The notes under the pieces were generated by a model. It saw only the letters and a program-made list of their open reading frames with translations, was not told the DNA's origin and did not search any database. The translations under genes and the position numbers were made by a program. From positions 10,974,001 through 11,038,000 of the forward strand of contig NC_087254.1 of assembly GCF_037042905.1 (NCBI RefSeq): a stretch of 64,000 nt of DNA. Direction: 5' to 3'. Positions 1-12,100 of the stretch are shown here, in pieces. Each line of letters opens with the position of its first letter. The first letter of the stretch is position 1. The DNA comes from Lytechinus pictus (taxonomy: Eukaryota).

Positions 1-1227
1 ATAATGACATAATACCACGTTCATTGACCATAAATGACATTTGAACAGAGACTTAAGACTGTCAACTACACCCATGTCCACATTTCATTCACTCTATCCA
101 TAAACTTTCAAAGTTATGATGGCACTTCAACAATTACCCCAACATGGCCTAAGTTTATTGACCTTAACTGACCTTTGACTTGGTTTTGTGACCTGAAACT
201 CACAGGGGATGTTCAGTGATGCTTGATTACTCTTATATCCCAAGTTTTATGAACTAGATCCATAAACTTTCAGTTAGGATGGTAATTCAACAAATACCCC
301 CAACACGGCCAAAGTTCATTGACCTTTAATGACCTTTGACCATGGTCATGTGACCTGAAACTCGTACAGGATGTTCAGTGATACTTGATTACTCTTATGT
401 CCAAGTTTTATGAACTAGATCCGTAAACTTTCAGAGCTAGGATGGTAATTTAACATATACCCCCAACACGGCCAAAGTTCATTGACCTTAAATGACCATT
501 GACCATGGTCATGTGACCTGAAACTCGCACAGGATATTCAGTGGTACTTGATTAACCTAATGTCCAAGTTTCATGAACTAAATCCATACATTTTCAAAGT
601 TATGATGGTAATTCAACAAATACCCCCAACTTGGCCAAAGTTCATTGACCCTAAATGACCTTTGACCTTGGTCATGTGACCTAAAACTCAGGCAGGATGA
701 TCACTAATACTTGATTAACCTTATGTCCAAGTTTCATGGACTAGATCCATAAATTTTCAAAGTTATGATAGTAATTCAACAAATACCCCCAACTTGACCA
801 AAGTTCATTGACCCTAAATGACCTTTGACCTTGGTCACGCGACCTGAAACTCGAGCAGGATGTTCACTAATACTTGATTAACCTTATGCCCAAGTTTCAT
901 GAACTAGGTCCATATACTTTCTAAGTTATGATGTCATTTCAAAAACTTAACCTTCGGTTAAGATTTTGAAATAATTTTCCCAACATGGTCTAAGTTCATT
1001 GACCCTAAATGACCTTTGACCTTGGTCATGTGACCTGAAACTCAGGCAGGATGTTCAGTAATACTTGATTAACCTTATGTCTAAGTTTCATGAACTAGGT
1101 CCATATACTTTCTAAGTTATGATGTCATTTCAAAAACTTAACCTTAGGTTAAGATTTGATGTTGACGCCGCCGCCGTCGGAAAAGCGGCGCCTATAGTCT
1201 CGCTCTGCTATGCAGGCGAGACAAAAA
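1..1227. mobile_element. Tandem-repeat-bearing interspersed element (Helentron/HINE-like), left end outside window
   Basis: ~162-bp unit (CCAAAGTTCATTGACC..TGACCTTTGACC..GTGACCTGAAACTC) recurs at ~148, 308, 470, 633, 797, 988. It ends in a hairpin GTCTCGC..GCGAGAC plus an A-run at ~1196-1227. Family assignment is inference. Confidence 0.6.
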
Positions 1228-1336
1228 CTAAAATAAACAAAAGACACATAAATAAATAAAAGGAATGAAGGAATGAATGAATGTAAGAATGAATGAATAA
1301 ATTAGTAAGTAAGTAAAGACACAAGGAGCCATTTAC

Positions 1337-4300
1337 CTTCCTGGTGTGATGGGTATGTGAACTGCTCCGTATCCCCTGACCACAGCTGTGCCAAAAGCAT
1401 CCAAACCGTACACACTTAAAACCAACTGAGGCCCTGCATCAAGAGATAGGGGAGAGAGAAAGGGGGAGTAATATCAAGACCATTTTGGAGTGCTAAAAAT
1501 GTATGTAAGCTATGCATAAAAATACATATGAAAAGCTTGGATTTACTGTAAGCCTCACAATATCCAACTTCATGCTTCTCATTTCTACATAAGCAAAATA
1601 TTTCACTCAGGTTGCTACATAAGCACTTGCCCGATTGCCCTGGGGGAAGTAAAAGTTAGAGTCGGGCAAGTGTTTTGAAGTAAAAACCAAAACTACTTGC
1701 CCGAATTGGGCAAGCAAAATTCTCACAGTAAAATGACAAAAATTAGGGTCGATATGATATGATATTGACCCTAATTTTTGTCATGGCAGGCAAGATAAAA
1801 TCACTTTGGAAAAAGAAATGCAATAACAAGGTAGATCAGTTCATGTCAAAAGAGAGAAAAGGGTCAATGGTTTATAAAACTGCAATACATGTACTTTCTT
1901 TAATTTGAAGAGGTAAAACTTTTTTTCAGGATTTTTTTTCGGGCAAGTGAAACAGATTTTCAGGCAAGTATATTACAACTATTTAAAAATTTACTTGCCC
2001 GACTGGGCAAGTGCTTCTAAAAAGTTATGTAGCACCCTGATTTCACTCAATGCACAGTGTACTAATACTCTAGATATTCAAGATAAGGAGATGGAAGGCA
2101 ATAGAAGAGAGGAGGTGGAGAGGAGAGTGGGAAGGGAGAAGAAAACTAGTGAGAAGAGAGGAGATGCAGGGTGAGAGGAAAGGAGAGAAAGAGAAGATAA
2201 GGGAGGGGAAGAGGAGAAAGCAAAGGGGGAGGGGAAAGAGAAAAGTAGAGGGGAGAGGAGAGATAGACTGGAAAAGAAAGAGGAAGTGGTGGGGGGGAGA
2301 TAGTGGGAAGAAGAAAAGGGGGAGAGGGGTGGAGGATGATGGGAAGAGAACAGGGGAGAGGAATAAAAGAAGAGGACTGGGGGAGGAAAAGGAGAAATGA
2401 ATAGAAAAGGGAAGAGAGTAAGGAGAGGCAGCAAAAAAGGAGGAAGAGGAGAGGCATGGAAGAGAAAAGAGAGAGAAGAAAATGAGGATGAGATGATGGA
2501 GAAGAGGAAGGAGAAAGATGATGAAGAAGATTAAAAACATCAACAATCCTAAAAAAAATTGTGATTCAATATTCCTATTAGTTCTACTTACAGCCATAAG
2601 GGTTAGTGCTCTTGAATGTCACATCCAGAGGAAAGTTCCACACAAAATATTGGTTTCCATAAACATTCTTCTTGCAAACTTGTGAGATACCTTCCTCAAG
2701 ACCCTAAGATAAGACAAATAGACAATTAAAATAATGATTGATTTTTCTCATGATAAAAACATTACAAAATATGTACATTCGAACAATAAAAACATAATAA
2801 TTGAATCAATAATATAGTGAATAGGTATATGACTGAAATACATGTATTTTACGCATTAATTTCAATATTTTTTTTATGGCGAGGGCAATTTTAAAAGGGG
2901 TCTGATGGGAAAATTGAATAGGGCATAGATATCCAAGGGCCAGAAAATGGACATTGAGGACAATCAGTAGAATATCTGAGGTCAAAGACTTAGATGACCT
3001 TCAAGGTTATTTAAGCCCTGGATATCACAATGGTATTCACATCTGTGTATTTATTGAAAATTAAATTATCAAACATCAGTATCATGTTACAGTGTACAAA
3101 ATCAATAATTTTTCAAATTAATTTTTGGGAATAAAATCATGCTGATAAAAACAGTGATTACACAATTTACAAAGGGTTATGTATTGTAATGAATTGAAAG
3201 TTAAAAACAAGAAAATAATGGGAATTATTCAAACTTTGTACTTACACTTGTAATGACCCAGTCTGGACCATACACAAAGTTGTATTTGACATAGAGATCA
3301 TCAAACTCTGGAAACTAAATATGAGAATTGAATTAAAAAAAGTGAGTTTTATACATGAGACCAAACTAATATTCTTTTTCAATGCAGTTCAAGCAGCTAG
3401 CATTTTAAGATTGATTCTTTAAAATAAAGATGAGATCATATAATCAAAGATCCACTACATTTAGTAGATTTCAACATAAAAGGGAATACTGTGACTATGA
3501 ACACAAAAAATATTGAGATCAACATGAGATAAGGGAAGCATTCCTTTCAACCTTCCAAGCAGCACCGTCATGAGCCAGGCAATATGGATGTCTGAATTAT
3601 CTAAAAGTTAGGCTATATCGTTTGAAAACTATTCCAACAGAAATCTCTGTGATGATGTGGCCTTCCAAATCCACTCACTGCAAAGGACACTTAAATATAA
3701 ACACCCCTTCCCAATATCACACAAGAATTATCAATACATGTATGGAGAGTGGGGTAATAAGGCCACCTGTTAGTTTTTAGCTCACTGCTCAAGAATGGGA
3801 GGGTCAAATGGATTACAAGTTTCATAATTGGCGATTTAGAGCCAGTAACATTTTCCTCACACATACATGTATTAATTCACTGCCAATTCCAATGCAGTTT
3901 GCGATGTTTTGGAATCGGCAGAGAATTAATACCAATTTTGTGACTGATAGAAGCATGGAAAAGAAGTGAAACTTTGTGAAAAGTAAGAATATTAGTTTCC
4001 ATTGTTTTAAAAGATCGTGTTGTTGCATGAATTTTATATTTCCCCCCATAAAATCCACCTTTGTCACTCGGAGTATCAGAGTTCACCACTTTGATGTTCA
4101 GGTAGGTGTAGCGTAGTGTAGCGGTAGTGAAGTGGAGCCCAGCTAAACGAACATCACTTGAGGTATGCTGGGGCATGAAACTCTACTCTAGCTACCAACA
4201 TTAACCTTCCTCAAACTAAGGCTGAATCCTTCTTCATTTCACGTTTGGTCAAGTCTCCACATTTACTTTCCTTTCTTTGTGGTTTGTCTTTGACTTTTAC

Positions 4301-5763
4301 TTTAGTTCATGATGAAAATTGAAATTCTATTCATATCCCCTTCCCTCCTCTTCTTCTTTCTCTCTCCTCTCCATCTTCCAGTTTAACAAAGTTAAGTTTT
4401 ATTTACATATGGGCCATTCCCTGCTTTTGGGAACTGGTCACCAAATCAAATTTGTACCTCCTTTCACCACGATATGTAAAGAAACTTCGCTTCGGCGATT
4501 TTGAAAAAATGGATGCGAGAGGCTTTTTTTACGGTGCAAAACTCCTCACACAACTGGTTATCTCTTTCCTCATGCGATATTTATCAGGCTCAGATTGCAT
4601 GTGGGTGGACAAGTATTCAGATGACATCGATTCCGCGGAATCATAATTTTTGTAATTATATCCATCTACCCCGCATTTCCGTGCTCTTCAAGACCACTCT
4701 GCCACTTTCACAATGTTGACATAAAAAATGATTACAAAATCGATTCACTAAATAAATCACAAACAAGATATATATGGGGATGAATCACTTTAATACACTC
4801 TATCCATTTTCACATCACGAGTAGATAAAGACAGTTTACTAGTGAAATTTATGTCATCAGAATCATCACTGACGAAATAAATCTCATTGGCAATCTCTCT
4901 TTATATCTACTCTTCAAAATAGGAACCCCTTAAGAAAATTCTACTGAATTATACATGCTGGTTCCCATTTTCACGAGTAGATAAAGACAGATTAGTGAGA
5001 TATATTTTGACAGAATCACCACTAACGAAATAAATCTCATTGGCAATCTATATCTACTCTTCAAAATGGGAACCAGCTATGGAAAATTCTCCTGGATTGT
5101 GCTGGTTCCCATTTTCACGAGTAGATAAAGACAGTTTACTAGAGAAAATCATCTCGTCAGAATCATCACTGACGAAATAAATCTCATTAATAATCTGTCT
5201 TTATCTACTCGCTGAAATGGGAACCAGCGTGTACAATTCTATGGACAATTTTCCACGCTGGTTCCCATTATAGCGAGTAGAGAAAAGACAGCGACAAAAT
5301 AAATCAAGCTCTTTGAAGGATTAGAATTTTTAGAATCAGTGCGCCAGCAGCGGTGAAGCAGTGTGCATGTGCAAGCTCGAAAAGGTCATGACATGTCTTG
5401 TCATGAAAAAGTGTCTGGTGGAAATTAGGAACTGCTTCCCAATTTCACGATAATGCCTACATGTGTATCATATAATAATGTGCACATGTTAATTCATAGC
5501 CAGTTAGTATCTCCATTACTCCAAGACAACGCAAAACATCAAGTCAATCTTTAGCGACTACCCTTAAATACACATTCAAACAAGACTACAAGAATCAGAA
5601 TGAATCTAAGTATCAAATCGGTTTGTCCACCAAGGCACCATTCTCTCTAAATGAGTTTATTTGATTCATATCATGACTACAGTTTTCAGAGCATAATACT
5701 CACATCTCCTCCTTCAATCTGACCGCTCATCATGAGCAAAAATACTGTTGGAGTAGAAGCCAT
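1337..5763 (-). CDS. B9D1: B9 domain-containing protein 1 (ciliary transition zone), 5' part; gene continues beyond left edge
   Basis: Exons 5763-5704, 3314-3246, 2703-2592, 1433-1337, GT-AG with consistent phases. Translation [95 protein letters not shown] matches B9D1. Confidence 0.95.
1608..2039. mobile_element. Non-autonomous hAT-type MITE
   Basis: TIR CAGG(G/T)TGCTACATAA / TTATGTAGCACCCTG; perfect 8-bp TSD ATTTCACT; second copy at 39352-39702. Confidence 0.85.
2085..2530. repeat. GA-rich low-complexity tract in B9D1 intron 3
   Basis: Nearly pure purine sequence on the + strand; it generates spurious ORFs. Confidence 0.9.
4800..5290. repeat. Tandem array of ~145-bp palindromic units
   Basis: Units GCTGGTTCCCATTTTCACGAGTAGATAAAGACAG...CTGTCTTTATCTACTC..AAATGGGAACCAGC at ~4800, 4957, 5101, and partial at 5257. 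Confidence 0.8.
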
Positions 5764-6130
5764 CTCATCATCTTTTTCGCTCAGCTAGCTCAGTTTCAGA
5801 CTCACTCTTTCTTATCTTCCTTCACAACTATTCAGATTGTAGCACGATTTGGTGTTACAAACTAAGGTGATTAGAGGTATCTTCTACGTATCATTAGCTT
5901 GTGAGAAAGTATACCAATCTTGTTAATGTTATTGATACCGCGACGTGATTAGCAGCTGGATCATTCCGGCGCACAGCATCAGTGGCTTACGGGGGACCGC
6001 GGGCCGCGCCGGGTGGGCCGGGCCGGGGGAGCGAGCTAGCTAGCGTTGAGCTGCGCTGGTACTGTGCTTCCCGGTCGCGTCGTCGGAGTTCGGAGTAAAT
6101 TTAGGTTTCCAAGCGAAGAGCTGTTACAAG
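5764..6130. promoter_or_regulatory. Putative bidirectional GC/CpG-rich promoter (B9D1 / GH99-like gene)
   Basis: Divergent ATGs only ~370 bp apart (5763 on -, 6131 on +); CpG-rich island at ~5935-6095 in AT-rich surroundings. Confidence 0.7.
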
Positions 6131-9100
6131 ATGCGCATTTCACCTGTTCTTCTATTCATTATGTGGTTTGGGTCATGGAGGACTTGTGCAGGAAAGTTGG
6201 TATGAATAATCTGTTCTAAACTTAATCATATTGTCTGCGTGTTTTCGACTTTTCGTAAATTTCTATGAACGACAACGTATTAACTTGTTACTTAGTCAAG
6301 TAGTAGTAATGGCCATGGGGTGTTGCAAGAAACTTGCGATCAATTGCAAGTCAATCCTAATCACATGTCTTGCAGTTAATTGCAAATTAGTGATTGATTG
6401 CTAATTTGTTCCTTGAAACAAGAAGTTTAATCTGATTTGCTATAGTATACTATAGCTAACGTTGATGTATCAGTTGTAAAACTGCAACAGAATATTTGCG
6501 ATTGATTGCAAATATTTTCTTGCAACACCCCCTTAAGAAAAAGTAGATTTCACAATTTTGACGATTCTGAAATCTGCTGTAACTTAGTAAGGGTTAGGCC
6601 CTACTAAAAATACTATTGGCCAGCAAAGAAGAAGAAAAATGTACTTTAAACAAATAAGAAATATTAAATATGATCATATGATTTTTACTCTATTATTGTC
6701 ATCTAGATACTTGCTGATGTGACAAGCAACAAGCTTACGAGGCAACACGATGGCAGCCTTGGTTTATGGTCTTTTCATGGGTAATTTCTTCTTTTAATTA
6801 GTTTTAAGATTTAGGTCACAATATACCTGACTTACAGGGGGAAAAATACACAAGGAAGGGGGCGATTTCACCCCAAAATACTCAAAAGAGCCCTGAAAAA
6901 TTAGCTCCTGAAAAAAAAAAAATAATAATAATTTGTTGCCTGCTGATTTATTATATGGTGGAAGGGAGTAAGTGGCTCGGAAAACAATTTGGGAATGGAT
7001 ACAAAATGAAGATATGCATTTTTCAAAAGAAAGTGTTCTGTTATTTTTGTCACTAATTGAAGTCTTTTGCTTTTTTATATATTTTTTTAAATGTTTTTTC
7101 TTTTGTAATTTCTGTTGTAGGATCGAAATTGCCCTTCATTGAATGAAGCTATTTCTTTTTCTGATTACTGTCCTTGTCTATTGAATATGATCATATCCTG
7201 TATGCTCATGCCCTGCATTTATTTGCAAATATAATTTTATATTTTAATATGTCAAACTGGAATCAAGTATTTTAATTGCACCAGTTTACTTTAGAGTGAA
7301 ATTTTCAGTCTAAAGTTGTTTCACTGTACTACTATGCCTTGCTTCATTGCACCTCCTTGCATTAGGAAGACAGAGTAAAAAGTTCACAAATTGTTTGATA
7401 ACCTCACTCTCAACTAACAGATCTAGCTGTCTACATTGAATGTTAGTATTATGCAGTGTTCATACTCTTGACCAGGGCCCAATTTCATAAGACTTGTTAC
7501 AAAAACGAATTTGCAATTTACAGTTTAAAGCAACTGAAATCATTCAATTTGATGACTGATACATGTAGTCAACTTGTAATAGAAATTGTGCCATTGTTAT
7601 TATAACAACTCTTTATGAAACAAGACATATTATCCTTAATAGTAATACTACTCTTTTTTTCATCTTGTATTTAATACAGAGTTGCAAAGAAAAGTCATGC
7701 TAGCAAGACACATTTCATCTACAATGCTGACCTTTTGACCTCTGATGGCTCGCATCATATAGACATAGCATCTTCGGTATATCCGAGCTTGGGTCTTACT
7801 TCTGATCATGATCCTATTTACCAGGTGAGCTCATCAAGGGAGCATTTCATGGAACAAGTAGTCAGTGATTATCTCTGGCTATTTGTTATAAGTTACTGAA
7901 ATCCTTGCATTTGATTGGCTCAGAGCTAATTTGTTAGTAAAAAAGTTTTTCATGAAACTGCCCTAATAAAATAAATCATAAATCAAGTATTTCTTCTTTT
8001 ATTTCTTGAATGTTATTAGGAACTTATACTAGTTGATAACAGTAATATACATTTGTGTGATTCATTGTTTATGAAAATATCATGTATTTATGGTTATGGC
8101 TCCTGTCATTTTGTAATTTAGTTTAAAAATGAAAGGGTTATTAGCTTTATTGAAAAGTTGCTGTTATTATCACCCTTTTCCCCACTAGCATACCTACTGA
8201 AGGGGGGGGGAGGGGGGGGGGGGTAGAGACTGCCCTCGCTTACCAAAATAGTGTAAATAATCCCCTCTCGCAATCCAAATGAGAAAAAAAAAAGAGACAA
8301 AGTTGGGGGGGGGGTTGTCTTTTGCACCTGGGGAGCGTTTCATCAATATTTTCATCCGACAAGTTGTCAGATCTGACATCTTTCCATGATTTTGATTGGC
8401 AGAGAGGCACTGTTCCTATGGTAACTGTCGGATAAAATGGGACTTGTCGGATAAAACGTCCGACAAGTCCTTTCATGAAACGCCCCCCATGCAGGTCTTC
8501 CCTGATGCATTTTTTCAGGTATACAACAGTGTATGTCCTACTGCTATGTGAAGTTTCATTTTGATGACCCTACCTTATCCCTCCCCGGCCCCTATTAATC
8601 ACCTATTGAATACCATACATAAAGTAACAAGAGTTGTAATTTAATCCAATTTCCAGGAATATCTCATTCTCCAAGCCAAGGTTGTGGGCATGGATGGTTT
8701 CATGATTGAGTGGGTAAGTTCATGAAAAAGAGCTCTGTTGATGTGTTAAATTGGCACAGAGAGCTGAACATACTATCTGAATAAATAAACTAAAATTAGC
8801 CAAGAAAACTAATATTTTTGTTCATCAAAATGGCAAAAGGCAAAAGGGCATTTATTTTAACCTGAAGCCTTCAAATATTTGGAAGATCATGAAGGCCGTT
8901 TCTGAGGGTATCAGAAGCCATGACCTTGGATTAATTTAAGCCCCTTCGTTGATTATGTGGTATTGACGTTTTTGTTTCCATTATTATTCGTAACAGATAA
9001 TTCAGATACAGTGTAAAAGAATTGCTGTAGAGGTTTCACAATAAGCCATTTTGTAATTAGATATCTTATTTTGGAATGGATGGTGGGGGGGGGGGTACTT

Positions 9101-12100
9101 CATGCATTTTGGTAGAGGAAAATATTATGTTTTTAGGTATATTTTTCTTCTATTTTTTTGAAGGGATACCAGAATCATTCAAGTGATGAAGCTCTGAAGA
9201 GTTATCTCACCCTAACCCAGAACAACGCTCCTTTTCAGCTTGCTGTAAATTGGTAGGTGTATATTTTTAATGATAAAGCCTCTTTCAAGCATAAAAATCT
9301 GAACATTCTTGATTTGTACTTTCAGTTGAATCTCTTGAATCTCAGATGAAATGAAAGATAACAGATTTTTTCTTTCTGCGTCCTTTTTGGGGAGAAATAT
9401 ACTGAGCACTTTGCAGGTGCGAAATAGAATTTAAAAAAAAACCATAATCCTTATTGTAGCTCTTTCAAACAATAGTAAGACATATGATAGTATTACAGAA
9501 AGAGTGATATTTGCTTAATCTGATTTAATTCTCTATTTGTCACATTGATGGGCCTTTTATAATCAGTCTTTAGTATTGCCTCTAAAGATATTGTTGAGAA
9601 TTGAAAATACGTCATTAACAAGATTTTTGAAAAATAAATTGTTGAGATTAGAAACTTAAAAGGGTATTGGTGTTTGTTATTAAAAGCCTTAACCTGTCAA
9701 TTATGTCAATTCATCAGCTCAATTCATGATTTATGAAGAAAAAAAATTGGGACAATGATTTCCCTTTCAAAAAATTGGCCTTTTCCTTTCCTTGGAACCT
9801 ATACCGTAATTCCATTTTAAACTTAACATAAAATGGAACTGCTGTATTGTCAGAGAAAATGTACACAGCAAAAACCTGAATTCCATTTTGTGAAGGTAAA
9901 TTCAATGAATTTTTCTGGGGTTTTTTTTGTATTTTTTTCAACGAGACAAATATATTGTATTTGAGCATTTAAAGGTACCATACCTGACTAGCTTTCATTC
10001 TATTTTCTGGTTCCTATTATCCTGTAAACTATTCTATTTCATTATGTCTTGTAGTGAAAATTGAATTGCACATGTTTTTAATATCAAACCAAGTTTATAT
10101 CATTGGAAGAAATAATTTATACATTTGATATTTCATATTTAAAATACAAAAGAAACATAGAGTGTGGACATTCATTCATTCATTTATTTATTCATTTTTC
10201 CAACAAAATTTATAATGCAATAATTACAATAAATAAAACATAACAGCAGAAAATATAAATGACATAAATATTCAAATAAACCGAATATAAAGAATATACA
10301 CCTGGTACAGAAGATAATATTTCCAATTTGATAATAACAATATGCAAGATATGTTGGAAAAATGGTTTATCATGTGCATACCACCTTTAATGTATAACTG
10401 TTTTATGAAAATAATACTTTAAAATATCATAATTTTCTCATTTTACTTTTGATTTGAAAGTGTTGTGTGTGTTGATGCTTGTTTTAATTCTCTTAAATCT
10501 TGCCTTTTATTTTTTATTTTGAAACATTCAGGTGTGACCATTGGTTAGCATCAGAGTTAACAAATAAATCATCACAAGAGGTATGTACAAACTCTGTCAG
10601 CTTTGATAAGATCAAGAAAAAGCAGGGGGTTGGAATACTCCTCAGACATTTCAAAAATATGTGTGTTACCTGTACAGGCTGGATTTTTATAAACAGGTGA
10701 GTGTTTCATAAAGCTGTTTGTAAGATCTACGAATGACTTTACGCGCACGACTGGTGAACCTTTCTTGTGCTATGTCATTCCCTATGTAATTGAGTTATGA
10801 CCTAAGAACATGTTCCAGTCGTGCGTAAAGTTGTTCATAACTTTACGAACAGCTTTATGAAACTCCCACCAGGTAACTCTGCCTAAGTCTACCTTCCATA
10901 AATCGAATAATCGCAAGTCAAAGCAATTTTTTAGACCAGGGTCCCGTAACACCAAGGTTAGCGATTAACCGTACGCTTTGTTTTCACGATTGATTGTACA
11001 TTGAAGTCAATGCAATCAATCGTAGGCAATGTTCTACGATCATTGCTAAGCTTTGTGTAACCGGTCCCAGATTATTCCAAACGTGTATTATATATCTCTT
11101 ATAAATCGAATTTTCCTTAAGTTGAAAAGATTTCTCTAATCCCAAGAGATTCGACCTAGGCAGAGTTACGTGTAATTCTCAACCATGTCATCAGGGGAGC
11201 TTTTCATCTGAATTCATTGTCTGGCAAGTTATTGGATGTGACAACTTTCCTTTGTTTTGATTGGCTGACCAGCTCTGTTACCATGGCGACCGTTGGATGT
11301 TAAAGATACTGTGTCGGAAGTCACAACCGCGTCTTTCCCGCAGGAATCCTGCAAGAGGGTTTTCTTCACAATCATCACAACCACCATAGACAAAAACAAT
11401 GGGGACTGCTGGAAAGATGCATAGCATCCTTATAGTGGGATTCCTGGTAAGAGCCGTGGCACAGACTTATGACAAGTTGCCTAAAACAGGACTTGTCAAA
11501 TAAAACGCCTGACAATTCTTTCGATGAAACACTCCCCGGTGTCAAATTGATAAGAATGATGTCCTTATCCAGTGTGGAGACTGAAATATGCACAGTAAAT
11601 GGGTTATATTTACTACTTGTACGAGTCGTATCGAGCACTATCTTTCACTTCATAATTAATGCAAAATCTTGTACCATCGCACTCATACCTATACGCTATT
11701 TATGTACCATCAGATTAATCACTGTTTTCATTCACAGATGTTCAACTATTTGCACCCAAACTATAATAATGAAAAGGTAAAAAAAAAATAAAAACATTTA
11801 TGAGTGCAAGGGATCATCATATCTTTCATCGCATGAAATAGTCTGTCCATTACATAAATGAAAAAAAAAAAATCATTATTTGTTTTATATCACATCTAAT
11901 ATAGATCCTTGTCATTTGGCATTCATGAATTTTGGTGCAAAAGTGTGTGCAGTTGAGCGAGCGCAGTCTTTCGGATGTACAGTAACACATGTCGCTCCAC
12001 ATAGGTGTTTTTACGGGTCGTGTTGGCGGTCTTGGCGAGCATGCAATGGACAAAATATGTGGATCCAAAATCGCACGATGAATGGATACCGAAATTGCAT

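Noticed and set aside
1947-2597. Several overlapping ORFs of 75-175 aa
   Set aside because: Products of the GA-rich low-complexity tract within a B9D1 intron.
6105-6118. RFX X-box in the B9D1 proximal promoter (GTTTCCAAGCGAAG)
   Set aside because: The second half-site does not fit the consensus; too weak to call.
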